Positions 8,886 to 19,232 of a stretch of 64,000 nucleotides of DNA are shown here, piece after piece. Under the pieces are notes generated by a model that saw only the letters and a program-made list of their open reading frames with translations, searched no databases and was not told the origin of the DNA. Source of the DNA: Histomonas meleagridis 2922-C6/04-290x (Eukaryota > Protista > Parabasalia). Both the position numbers and the translations under genes were made by a program. The stretch is from contig JAANOX010000161.1 of the NCBI GenBank assembly GCA_020184695.1, forward strand, positions 2,089-66,088. The letters are read 5' to 3'. Within the stretch, counting starts at the first letter, position 1. The number at the start of each line of letters is the position of its first letter.

Positions 8886-11800
8886 CTAATTTATGATGCA
8901 TTTTTGAAACGTTTTCGTGCAATAGAGGTTCATGAGTTTGTTGATGTTTTCATATCGAGTTGAATATGAATATGCTGTTTTAAACAATTAAAATAATTTC
9001 CAAATATTATTTTGAAATCCAAATTTATTCAAATAAATTATGAATAAAATGAATAAATATCTTTAGCATTAATATCAATTCCTTTTTGTTCAAGAAGTAA
9101 TTTAACTATTTCCTGATGACCATAATAAGCAGCTAATATAAGTGATGTATTAAATAAATTAAAGAATTTCCAAATATTATTATGAAAAATTATACGATTA
9201 AAATAAATTTCAGATTAAACAAATGAATATCTTTAGCATTTATCTCAATTCCATCTTGTTCAAGAAGTAATTTAACTACTTCAGTGCACCCATTTCCAGA
9301 TGCTAACATAAGTGCTGTTTCATATAATTTAAACAATCTCCAAATGTTATTTTGGAATTTTATTGATTTAAAATAGATATTAAACAAAACAAATAAATAT
9401 TTTTAGCATTTATATCAATTTCTTTTTGTTCAAGAAGTTTTTTAACGATTTCAGAGTGATCAGCATAAGATGCTAAAATAAATGCATTTTCAACTAATTT
9501 AAACAATTTCCAAATATTATTTTTAAATAGTAAATTATTAATACAAAGATTAAATAAAATTTAGAGATATTTTTAGCATTGATATCAATTTCGTTTTGCT
9601 TAAGAAGTAATTTAACTGTTTCTAACTGACCTTTAAAAGATGCAGACATTAACACAGTTTCAAATAAATTAAAAAATTTCCAAATATTGTTTTGAAATAC
9701 TAAATTATTAATATAAATATCAAATAAATTATATAAATGTTTTTGATATTAATATCAATGCTTTTTTGTTTAAGAAGCAATTTAACTATTTTTATTTTAC
9801 CTATCATTGATGCTGAAATTAGTGCTGTATTAAATGATTTAAAAAAATTCCAAATATTATTTTGAAATAAGAAGCAAAAAATTTAAATATTTTATAAAAT
9901 AAAAAAACACATTTAGCATTAACATCAATTCTTTTATCCTTAAGAAGTAATTTGAATATCTTTACATAACCATTTTCAACTGCAGTTATAAGCGCAGTAT
10001 TAAATAAATTGAAAGGTTTTCATATATAATTATAAAATATTAAATTATCATAAAAAATATCAAATAAAACAAAAAAATATCTTTAGCATTAATATCAATT
10101 CTTTTTCGTTTAAGAAGTAATTTAACTATTTCTATATCATTATTTTCAGTTGCATAAATAAGTATTGTTTTAAACATATTATATAAAATCCAAATGTTCG
10201 ATTAAAAATTTCAATCATTAAAACAAACATCTAACAAAACAAAAGAATACATTTAATATTCACATCTAAAGCTTTTTGATGAACAAGGTATTTAAAAACT
10301 TCGAAATGATTATTTTGATATGCTAATAACAAAGATGTTTTAAAATTATTAATAAAAATCCAAAAACAGATTTAAAATATTAAATAATTTATATGAATAT
10401 TTATTGAGTTTAAATCAATTCCATGTTCAACAAGTAAACGAACAATATCAACATTAATTAGATATCCGTTTTCACATACTTCTGAAAGAATAGTATTAAA
10501 TAAATTCAAAAAATTCCAATAATTTTATAATAACATTTTTCAATCAAAACAAAAAACATTTTTTATGTTTATATCAATATCTTTTTGTTCAAGTAATAAC
10601 TGAGCAATATCAACATGATTATTTAAACAAGCAAAACAAAGAGGCGTATAATATTCAAAAAATCAACTCCAAATTTCTGAAATATTTTAAAAGAATATTT
10701 ATTGAGTTTATATCAATACCCATTTCAACAAACAATTTCGCAATATCAAAATAACCTCTTGAACATACAATTGTAAAAGCTGTTTGAAATAATATTTACA
10801 TACTCCAAATAAAATTTTATAACATCAAATTGATATAACAATAACTAAAAAACAAAAACAAGTGTCTATATAGTTAATATCGATACCATTTTGTTCAATA
10901 ATATATCTCACAAGTTCATAATTTCCAGAATACGATGAATCAATCAAAAGATTGATTGGAATATTCTTTTTTGTAAGAAAATATTTAACAAGATATAAAT
11001 TTCCAATTTTTGCTGAAGTATTTATAAAATCTATATCAATTTTCATCCCTTCATCAATTAAAAATGACAAAATTTCATAATTATAATATAAAATGCATAT
11101 CATTCCTAATTCTTCTAAACTAATATCTTCAATTTTATTTTCATAAAGATAATGAAAAATTTCATTTCGATGAAATATAATTGATGTTTTATATGAATTT
11201 TTAAATGATGAATGTTTTTGTTCACATAAATGAATGATTTCTTCATTTCCACCTGCAATTGCATATATACATGTATTTCTTACATTTGCACCATTTAACA
11301 TTAAATATTTAAAACATTTAATAGATCCAAAAAATGCTGCATAATCAATTAATGAAACATTACGTTTATTAATAAATGAACATCTTTCATAAAGTGATGG
11401 TTTAATAAATTGATTAAAATCAAAATTATTTTGTGATGAAATATCTTGAAGTTTTTCAATTTCATCATTTCGAATGATTTTTAAAATTTCACTTGGATTA
11501 ACTCCTTCTTTGATTAATTTTTTATGAAGCTCCCAATCATTCTTTTTAAGGGTTTCAATAGTTTTAAAAAAATTATCATTAAATTCATTCGATTTAATTT
11601 TATTAAATTCTTCATTTGACAAATAATGAGCAAAATATGAAACTTTATTCTGGTACATATCAGAATCATAAAATCCTTCCCTTGAAAAATGATATTTTAT
11701 AATACTTTTATCAATAACATTTTGTTCAATTAGCATTTCTAGAAGATAACTCGATTCATGTGAGCTGATATCATAAAGAATTTTAGTAAATATTTCAAAT

Positions 11801-12111
11801 ATATCATCATCACATGAATATTTACTAATAATAATATTAGTATTTTCTTTAGATTTAATAATTTGAAGATATTGAATGATAAGATCAACACTAATAGATT
11901 TTCTTAAAAAAAATGAATAAATTAATTGACAAATTATTACATTAAAAGAATATGTTATTTTTGGATCATATTTTTGTATTAATGATTCAACAATTTCTAT
12001 GATGTTATCAGAATTTAAACTATAAATGAGTTGTTCTATTTCCAATAAGTAAAACATTTCTGATACTTTTTGTTTTTTATTTTTCCTTTTTTTTGTTTCA
12101 TCCATTAGCAT
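8886..12111 (-). CDS. DUF3447 + ankyrin-repeat gene; the ankyrin part is split into ~12 coding segments by AT-rich spacers
   Basis: ORF 10825-12111 carries the trichomonad DUF3447-type block (IRNDEIEKLQ...SLIDYAAFFGSIKCFKYL...AIAGGNEEIIHLCEQ...FHRNEIF). Downstream segments translate to stop-free ankyrin repeats (e.g. TALMLASGNGCTEVVKLLLEQDGIEINAKD). A final segment ends at TAG 8888-8886. Confidence 0.7.
8976..10900 (-). repeat. Tandem ankyrin-segment/spacer array, 170-bp period
   Basis: Homologous anchors (ctttagcatt-like) at 9061, 9231, 9401, 9571, 9741, 9911, 10081 and 10251. More diverged units lie at 10400-10880. Confidence 0.95.
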
Positions 12112-12570
12112 AAACGGTCGACATAATGGGTGAGAAACTTTTTCTGATGTTTACTCTCAATGAATTGTTGCATAATTCGTGTGGAGTTTCAATATATTTA
12201 TGAATTAATCCACAAAATTAATATCGTCTGCATTTATATAACTTAATGATGTTCCTACAACTACATTTTCTTATTTTGCTTTGTTGATCAGCAATACTAA
12301 AAATCACATGAACAATTGTGGTATTATATATTAATATTTGAAACAGATACTTTTAGCATTAAAAAATATTTAAATTAGCATCACAATTATTATAAGAGTT
12401 TTGCAAAACCAATATTTTAAGAAACCGTTAAAATCAATTCAACCGTTTATCGTTTTGTCGTAACCGTTTGCAACTTTTCCGTAACCTTCTGAAAATGCAG
12501 AAAATCTAAATTGATGAAGAGAATCAACAAATCAAAAAAAATAATTTGTAATATTAAGGCTTTACCAATC

Positions 12571-13101
12571 TCACTCATCTTCATCTTCCATCTCAGCAAC
12601 TTCTTGCATATATTCTTCAACTTTTGCCTTGAAACCTGGAAGGTTAGTCAACATTTGTTGTGCAGCTGGAATGTTAAGAGGATCGTTTGGATTTGGTTGA
12701 ATGAAAAGGAACACCAAACCATCAACGATAATACGAAGTGGGTTTGCTGGACGATATTCTTTACGAAGAACACTCAAACAAATTTCACCTCCATCCTTGG
12801 GTTCCATGATGTTTGGATGCCAAATCTTTGTTAAAATACGTACAATAGGCTTTTCAGCTCTGAAGCCAGGTGGAATCTTAAAGTCGAATTTGAAGTGACC
12901 ACCCTTGTAAATACCTGATGTGATACCGATATCAATGATGAAATGAGTGATATCAGAAGGATCTGGAAATGTCATTTTAAGATTTTGAACCTTTTCCATT
13001 TCTCTGATATCTTGTAAATCCTTCTGAAGTGTAAGGAGATAGCCTTCTGAACGTGTGCCAGTTAAGTCTGGTTCACCACCTTTCTTTGGTCTTCTTGCCA
13101 T
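12571..13101 (-). CDS. UBC12: NEDD8-conjugating E2 enzyme (Ubc12 type)
   Basis: UBC fold with HPNI...GEICLSVL (catalytic Cys); N-terminal extension and LQKDL/FPDP segment typical of Ubc12. Confidence 0.85.
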   Translation of the reverse strand: MARRPKKGGEPDLTGTRSEGYLLTLQKDLQDIREMEKVQNLKMTFPDPSDITHFIIDIGITSGIYKGGHFKFDFKIPPGFRAEKPIVRILTKIWHPNIMEPKDGGEICLSVLRKEYRPANPLRIIVDGLVFLFIQPNPNDPLNIPAAQQMLTNLPGFKAKVEEYMQEVAEMEDEDE

Positions 13102-13256
13102 TTAGAATTCTGCCACTTTTAAGGGGCCAACTTCACTGAACCACTTTTTGAAACAAACTTGATCATTTGAATAGGGAATTGAATACATTCCAATCAAAAT
13201 TAAAAAAAAACCGATATAATTCATTGAATCCAAAATAAAGAAAAAAAAAATTAATT

Positions 13257-13973
13257 TTACTCTGGTTCTGGAACTGGTGCAGGTGTTGGAGTTGGTTTCA
13301 CAGATGGTGATGAACGACATCGAGGTTTGAGATCAAATCCGCCACAGCCAAGAACTAATACTAAATATAAAACAACAAGCGCAAGAACACCAACAAGAAG
13401 CCACCACTTAAAGCGATTCCACCAAAAGTACTTCTTCAGTTTGGTTGATTGTGTATTGAATTCTTTTGACTTATTTTCTACAATTTGTGCATCTTCATCT
13501 AATTCTTCAATAACTTCGCCGCGAAGAATAGCTTCTTTAAAGTTATCTTTCATTTTAACAACTGTGTCGTCGAGATCAGACTTGATTTGTGATATTTTAG
13601 CTCTCGTTCCTCTTTCAATTTGCCGCTGAATTTCTTCAAAGTATGGCTTAAATGCATCTTGGAATTCTAAGTGCTCAGCTGTTTTCCATTGTGCAGCATA
13701 TTGTGATAAAAATTTTCCATGTATTGATTTAAGAAAATCACCCATAATTTTTTCATTCATTTGCCCACCAGTTGTTACAAGCATAACATTGAAATCGCTG
13801 TCGTCGTGAAGTATACCGATCAATGAATTATTAGCTTGACGGAATAATAATGGAGTTTTTATTCCATTGTTATAAATGTTAAGATAAAGCTGATCGTAGT
13901 TCCCCATCACTGGGGTATGAACAGCTAATGCTTTTTTCCCGTTGTAAACAGCAATGAATACGCAGTTCGTCAT
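13257..13973 (-). CDS. Longin-domain R-SNARE (VAMP7-like)
   Basis: Longin-like N-terminus, SNARE motif MKDNFKEAILRGEVIEEL, KKYFWWNRFKW, TM helix and short Pro-rich luminal tail. ATG 13973 is preceded by an Inr-like GTCACTTTT. Confidence 0.9.
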   Translation of the reverse strand: MTNCVFIAVYNGKKALAVHTPVMGNYDQLYLNIYNNGIKTPLLFRQANNSLIGILHDDSDFNVMLVTTGGQMNEKIMGDFLKSIHGKFLSQYAAQWKTAEHLEFQDAFKPYFEEIQRQIERGTRAKISQIKSDLDDTVVKMKDNFKEAILRGEVIEELDEDAQIVENKSKEFNTQSTKLKKYFWWNRFKWWLLVGVLALVVLYLVLVLGCGGFDLKPRCRSSPSVKPTPTPAPVPEPE

Positions 13974-14321
13974 CGTTTTTCTGAAAAAGTGACGCAAATT
14001 TTCTACAAAAGTGTCAACTATAATAGTCAAAAAAAATTGTTTTGCACAAAAAAAATAAAGCACCAAAGCAGCTTAATGTTGCACTTAGTGCGGTTAAGAT
14101 GTGCACATTTATTGTCAAAAGATTGGAATCGAAATAATATTAATTTAGAGTTTAAAACAATAATTAATGATTAAATTATTTCAACTTCAAAATCTGTTGC
14201 AATTTTTTGTTTTTTTCCAATATGCTGGTGTTTTTTGCGTATTTATATTTTTTTTACAAAGTAATGACAATTTCAAAAAAATAACAAAATTAAAAAAAAT
14301 AGCAATTTTAAATACAAATTA

Positions 14322-14789
14322 TCATATTTCGATTGGAACCTGAGGAAGAAATGCAACGTGGAGGAATTCGAATTCTATCCTTAATCTTCCTGTTGTTTCT
14401 TCTACGTATCCATTTTGTTTAATGAGATCATTCCAAGAAATTGGAAATTCGATATAGCTCCTGAGCGCTTGAGGTGTAAAAATCACTTTTTTTGTTTGTT
14501 TTAAGTTCAATTTTGGATCGTCACTATTTATCAAGTTCATTGTTAAGATCATTGGATAATCTTTTGAAATCTTAGAAAACATCACAACTACATTTACATT
14601 TAATTCATTTCGGCTAAATGGGTTTAAAAAAGAAAAATAGAAATAAAAATCTTTTGATAAAGAAAAATTTTGTGAACATGCAGAATAATTTTGGCTAGGG
14701 AAATTATCTATTACCCAAACTCCTTTGGCAGACCAATATTCATTCTCTGTATTTTCATTAAGTGAATAAGATGTTTCTTTTGTTGACAT
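14322..14789 (-). CDS. MATH/TRAF-like domain protein
   Basis: WVIDNF at the N-terminus and ISWNDLIKQNGYV...LRIEFEF at the C-terminus resemble the MATH pattern. Confidence 0.6.
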   Translation of the reverse strand: MSTKETSYSLNENTENEYWSAKGVWVIDNFPSQNYSACSQNFSLSKDFYFYFSFLNPFSRNELNVNVVVMFSKISKDYPMILTMNLINSDDPKLNLKQTKKVIFTPQALRSYIEFPISWNDLIKQNGYVEETTGRLRIEFEFLHVAFLPQVPIEI

Positions 14790-14819
14790 GGATATTAAAC
14801 GGTCGTTATAATGTAACGA
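14790..14819. promoter_or_regulatory. 30-bp bidirectional promoter with an M3-like element
   Basis: Head-to-head ATGs at 14789(-) and 14820(+); aaacggtc at 14797-14804 reads GACCGTTT on the minus strand. Confidence 0.65.
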
Positions 14820-16046
14820 ATGGAAAATTACAAAGTTATTAAAGATATCGGAAAAGGGAGTTATGGTTCTGTTGTTTTAGCAAATGACAAAAGAGATGGC
14901 AAGTATGTTGTTATCAAGACAATTCGTACCAAAGATGCAAAAACTCGTGCAAGTGCAGAAAATGAAGCAGAATATCTCAAAAAACTCCAACATCCTAATG
15001 TTATTGAGTATCTCGATTCATTTCAAAAGAATGATCATGAATTTTGTATTGTTTTAGAGTATGCAGATGCTAGTGATTTATCACATTATGTTGATACAAA
15101 TAAACTTACGGAAGCAAAAATACTTCAAATTTTTTCACAACTTATATTTGGTTTGGAATACATTCACTCACAAAATATTCTTCATCGAGATATCAAGATT
15201 GCTAATATTTTTCTTTTTAAGAACGGCTTTGTTAAAATCGGTGATTTTGGCATTTCTCGTGAAATAGGTAAAACAGATCTTGCCAAAACAATAATAGGGA
15301 CACCATATTTTATGGCGCCTGAAATAATCAAAGGGAAACCATATGGATATCCGGCAGATGTCTGGGCTGCTGGGTGTGTACTTTTTGAGCTTATGACTGG
15401 TAAACATGCCTTTACCGGAAAATCCCGGGAAGACCTCTTCAATAACATTCAATATCAATCACTTCCACGAAAATCATTTTCTAAGTATTCTAAACAACTC
15501 ACAGATATTCTTCTCAAGACCTTAAACAAGAATCCTATTCTTAGACCGACATGTCGTCAAATTCTTCAATATCCAATCATTCAAAATGCTCTCAAAAAAT
15601 TCCAACAAAAAGTTTCAGGAACAGATTCACAACAAAGCACACAAGCGTCTAAGCAATCAACTAATAGTGAGATAGAGCAACAAGATGTCCCTTCGTGGAT
15701 AAGAGACAATCCGAACATCGCAAACGATTTGATGCGACAAAGCTTCAGAAAAATTAACAACGACGGTTTACGGTTTGCCGAGATTGTAAAGTCGTCTCTT
15801 TCCAAATTGCCTCCTCAGCAACTTGTTCCAACAATACAAATGAATATTGCAGCAAGAAAAAAGAAGTTGGAGGATGAATGTAAAGAGAAATTGGGAGAGG
15901 ATAAATTTAGAATTGTTTATGATTTTATAAGAGAAAATTGGACAAAAAACAGAGATAAAATACCAGGATTGATTGGAATTAATTATTTTCCAGAGAATGA
16001 AGTGAAAATGATTGATATGATAATGATGATTGAGAGATTTCATTAA
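14820..16046 (+). CDS. NEK/NIMA-family Ser/Thr protein kinase
   Basis: GKGSYG, HRDIK, DFG, GTPYFMAPE and DVWAAGC motifs, with a NEK-like C-terminal helix. Confidence 0.93.
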   Translation: MENYKVIKDIGKGSYGSVVLANDKRDGKYVVIKTIRTKDAKTRASAENEAEYLKKLQHPNVIEYLDSFQKNDHEFCIVLEYADASDLSHYVDTNKLTEAKILQIFSQLIFGLEYIHSQNILHRDIKIANIFLFKNGFVKIGDFGISREIGKTDLAKTIIGTPYFMAPEIIKGKPYGYPADVWAAGCVLFELMTGKHAFTGKSREDLFNNIQYQSLPRKSFSKYSKQLTDILLKTLNKNPILRPTCRQILQYPIIQNALKKFQQKVSGTDSQQSTQASKQSTNSEIEQQDVPSWIRDNPNIANDLMRQSFRKINNDGLRFAEIVKSSLSKLPPQQLVPTIQMNIAARKKKLEDECKEKLGEDKFRIVYDFIRENWTKNRDKIPGLIGINYFPENEVKMIDMIMMIERFH

Positions 16047-16219
16047 TAGTAAATATTTATTTTCTTTAAAAGCTTATATAAATTGTTATTTTTGGTTAAT
16101 TGTCATTAAGATTAAATGCAAATTGTAGTTGTGGAAAATATTTCATTTTCTCAAAAATTTATCGGCTGTGAAAAAATTGGCATGTGCTGTTAATTGTGGA
16201 GCTAAACGTTAAAACTTTA

Positions 16220-16468
16220 ATGGGTTGTTTTTGCTCATGTTTTAGACAGGCAGATGAACCCAAAGTTGAACAAGCAAAAGAAATTGACATTGGTGAGTTT
16301 GTTAATAAAGATGAACCAGTAAGAGATACTTCAACATTATTACAACAGAACGAAGTTAAAGCAATAGCTATTGATGACTCTAGCTCTTCGTCATCAGTCA
16401 ATCAGGAAATGATACAAAAACTTCTGGATGAAATAGACGATTTCTCAGATAATGCGGATAAATCATAA
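16220..16468 (+). CDS. Small acidic protein with predicted N-myristoylation/palmitoylation
   Basis: First ATG at 16220 gives MGCFCSCF (Gly2 plus Cys cluster); acidic tail. Confidence 0.6.
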   Translation: MGCFCSCFRQADEPKVEQAKEIDIGEFVNKDEPVRDTSTLLQQNEVKAIAIDDSSSSSSVNQEMIQKLLDEIDDFSDNADKS

Positions 16469-16828
16469 ATATTTTATTAACCCACAGAACATACTTCTAG
16501 AAAAATAAATGTTTTATTTTGTTTGCTATGACTTATATTTTTAATTAGGGGAAAAAAATGCATAGTGGCTCAATCCTGAAGAAGGGAAGCAATATTTTGC
16601 TCACTGCCAGAACCCACGCATAGCAGGTGTTTTACAACCACAAATCCTCTTTTCCAAGTACAAGCATTATCTTTTTTGGTGAATCATTTTTAGAAAAACT
16701 GTAAAAACTTGACAAAATAAGATATTTCTCTGTTGTATAATAAATGCACTATTATAATATTCTAATTAAAATTTTGTAGTGATACCTGGTGTCCAATTGG
16801 TGGTAAAAGCGACCGTTAAAATCAATAA

Positions 16829-17470
16829 ATTGAAGATAAGGAAGAAGAAATCAATAAATTAGAAGAAGAAATACAACAACTTCAACAAGATATAACAAAC
16901 AAAGATAATGAAATTGACAAATTAAAAGAAGAAATTAAGAATGAAATCACTAATAAAGATGAAGCATCCAAGAAATTATATGAAGAAATTGAACAACTTA
17001 AACAAGAAAATGAGGGACTTCAACAAGAAATAACAACAAAAGAAGAAGAAATTCACAAAATAAATGAAGAAAAGATCAATGAAATTAAAGGAAAAGAAGA
17101 AGAAATACAACGACTTCAACAAGAAATAACAAATAAAGAAAATGAAATCACTAATAAAGATGAAACATCCAAGAAATTATTTGAAGAAATCGAACAACTT
17201 AAACATGAAAATGAGGAACTTCAACAAGAAATAAATACAAAAGAAGAAGAAATTAACAAAGTAAATGGAGAAATAGAACAACATAAACAAGAAATAACAA
17301 ATAAAGAAGAAGAGATTCATAAATTAAAAGAAGAAATTAATAACGAAATCTCGAATAAAGAAGAAGAAATAAGCAAATTAAACAAAGAAATAGTAAAATA
17401 TACTAAATTCCTAAACTCGGCAATGAATGAAATAAAAAATACGTATGTTTTGTATTTTGAATCATATTAA
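16829..17470 (+). pseudogene. E/K/N/Q-rich coiled-coil ORF (213 codons) with no ATG start
   Basis: Open frame from ATT 16829 to TAA 17470, with an internal 201-bp duplication (16940 and 17141). The end runs into the inverted vWA-gene fragment. Absent from the ORF track. Confidence 0.7.
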
Positions 17471-17635
17471 GATTATGGGCTCATTTTTTTTGAATTGAAA
17501 AAAGAAAAAGAATTTAAATGTAATTAGATTGATTTTTAATAATGATGTTTCAATTAATAATCAAGATGTCTTAGCAGCTGCTATATCACTTAGGCTAAAT
17601 GTGTTTTGAATTGCACCATCAGCCATTTTGTATAA
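17433..17635 (-). repeat. Copy B (inverted) of the vWA-gene 3' end
   Basis: Reverse complement of 5942-6143, encoding LYKMADGAIQNTFSLSDIAAAKTS* plus UTR. Confidence 0.95.
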
Positions 17636-17924
17636 ATTGGATATAAATTCTTTAATAGATGAAGTAGTTAATACAAAGTATTAACATGAAAACAATAATA
17701 ATTTGGATAGAAATTCTCCTTTAATGATGAAAGCAAAAATGAGTTATATGCTTGATTGTTGACCTATAACTTCACGAGTAAATATTTTAGATGATAAATG
17801 TTTTTGTATCAAAAGTGACTAATCAACTTCCACTTTTTGATAATGATTTGATCGTATTTGTCATTCATTTTCAGGGTTTAAACCGTTTACAACATGGACT
17901 TTTTGAATAAAGAAATATACTTAA

Positions 17925-18515
17925 ACGGAAACTGAAAAATACATCGAAGTTGTTTTGTTTGGCAGTGGAAATACTGGAAAATTATCAGTAATGGAAGTGT
18001 TTCATGGTGGAAGTTTTTCTGAAGTTTATAACCCTACCATTACGGAAACAATCAGATATAAAATTAAAATTGATGATGATGAAATAACATTTAATGTTAC
18101 AACATTCGCTGGACAAACTGACTATATAAAAATGTGGCCTGATTATGTACGATTTGGAGATGGTTTTATACTAATGTATTCAATCATTGATAAAACTACT
18201 TTTGACGAACTCGAAATGTTTCACAAAGTAATAAAAGATGGAAAAGGAACTGGTTATATACCAATTGTAGTTTGTGGTAATAAATGCGATTGTTCAAACC
18301 GAAAAGTAAGTAAAGAACAAGGAGAAGAATATGCGAAGAGTATTGGAGCGCCATTCTTTGAAACGTCAGCAAAAGAATACATAAATATTGAAGAAATGTT
18401 TTCGACCATTGTTCGACTGATCATTGACAATAAAAAAGACATTAATGCCCCTAAAAAATCGGATCATCATAACAAGGAACTTGATCACCACAAAAATAAT
18501 TGTATTTTTGCTTAA
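17925..18515 (+). CDS. Atypical Ras-family GTPase; start codon non-canonical or disrupted
   Basis: NKCD, ETSAK and CaaX (CIFA) present. The frame opens at ACG 17925 (xETEKYIEVVLFG) right after TAA. G1 (GSGNTGKL) and G3 (TFAGQ) are degenerate. Confidence 0.75.
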   Translation, partial: TETEKYIEVVLFGSGNTGKLSVMEVFHGGSFSEVYNPTITETIRYKIKIDDDEITFNVTTFAGQTDYIKMWPDYVRFGDGFILMYSIIDKTTFDELEMFHKVIKDGKGTGYIPIVVCGNKCDCSNRKVSKEQGEEYAKSIGAPFFETSAKEYINIEEMFSTIVRLIIDNKKDINAPKKSDHHNKELDHHKNNCIFA

Positions 18516-18966
18516 TTTTAATAAAATAAAATCAAAAATAATTTTAATAATGCATCAATATGTATCATTTATTTACAAAGAAATGTTGTTATTTTGTATG
18601 GTACTGAAACTTGGGAAAATAATCAACAATACAAACGTTTAAAGATAAAACTTTTTATGGGAGGTTGTGAATCACCAAATGAATTTACGGAAAAATTAAT
18701 TTTGTATATTGGCAATAATGAAAATAGTGACTTGAAATTTATGGATAAAAAAATTGTTTGTTTCATGAAATGTGAAACTTTGTCTGTGAGAGCTGAGTCA
18801 TTGAGGAAATGAATGGTGTAGATATAAATATATATTCAAAATTATTGGTTAATGAATTCTAAAAGCACTGAAAGTAATGTGTTTTTTACAAGGCAAATTT
18901 ATTATTGAATAATTTTTACCAAGATAAACTTGAAGACATGAAAGGTAACTTACATTCAGTATAAGT

Positions 18967-19120
18967 GCATATATATAATGGTAATATAGAAATAGTGAGA
19001 TTATACTTTGAACAGAAAGGAATTGATATTAATGTTAATATTTATCTTAATAATTTTCAAATTCAAAATAATATTTGAAAATTATTTAAATTATTTAAAA
19101 CAGCACTTATGTTGGCATTC
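18967..19120 (+). repeat. Solo degenerate ankyrin/spacer unit
   Basis: gaacagaaaggaattgatattaatg...caaaataatatttgaaaattatttaaattatttaaaacagcacttatg matches the array consensus. Confidence 0.85.
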
Positions 19121-19232
19121 ACACCTGAGCCCCTTTCTAAAGGACAAGTCAGATGACAATTTTTTATTGATGTCTTCATATTCTTTATTCTATTATTAAT
19201 TTTATTTATTTGCATAAAGTCAAAATATTTAA

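Noticed and set aside
8979-10250. U12-type AT-AC introns (5' RTATTYWTTT resembles RTATCCTT)
   Set aside because: Joining aaag|AT to AC|agca is out of frame, there is no U12 branch site, and a minor spliceosome is not known in this lineage.
8976-10900. CRISPR-like array
   Set aside because: Eukaryotic context; both parts of the unit are homologous between copies, the 'repeat' encodes ankyrin, and there are no cas genes.
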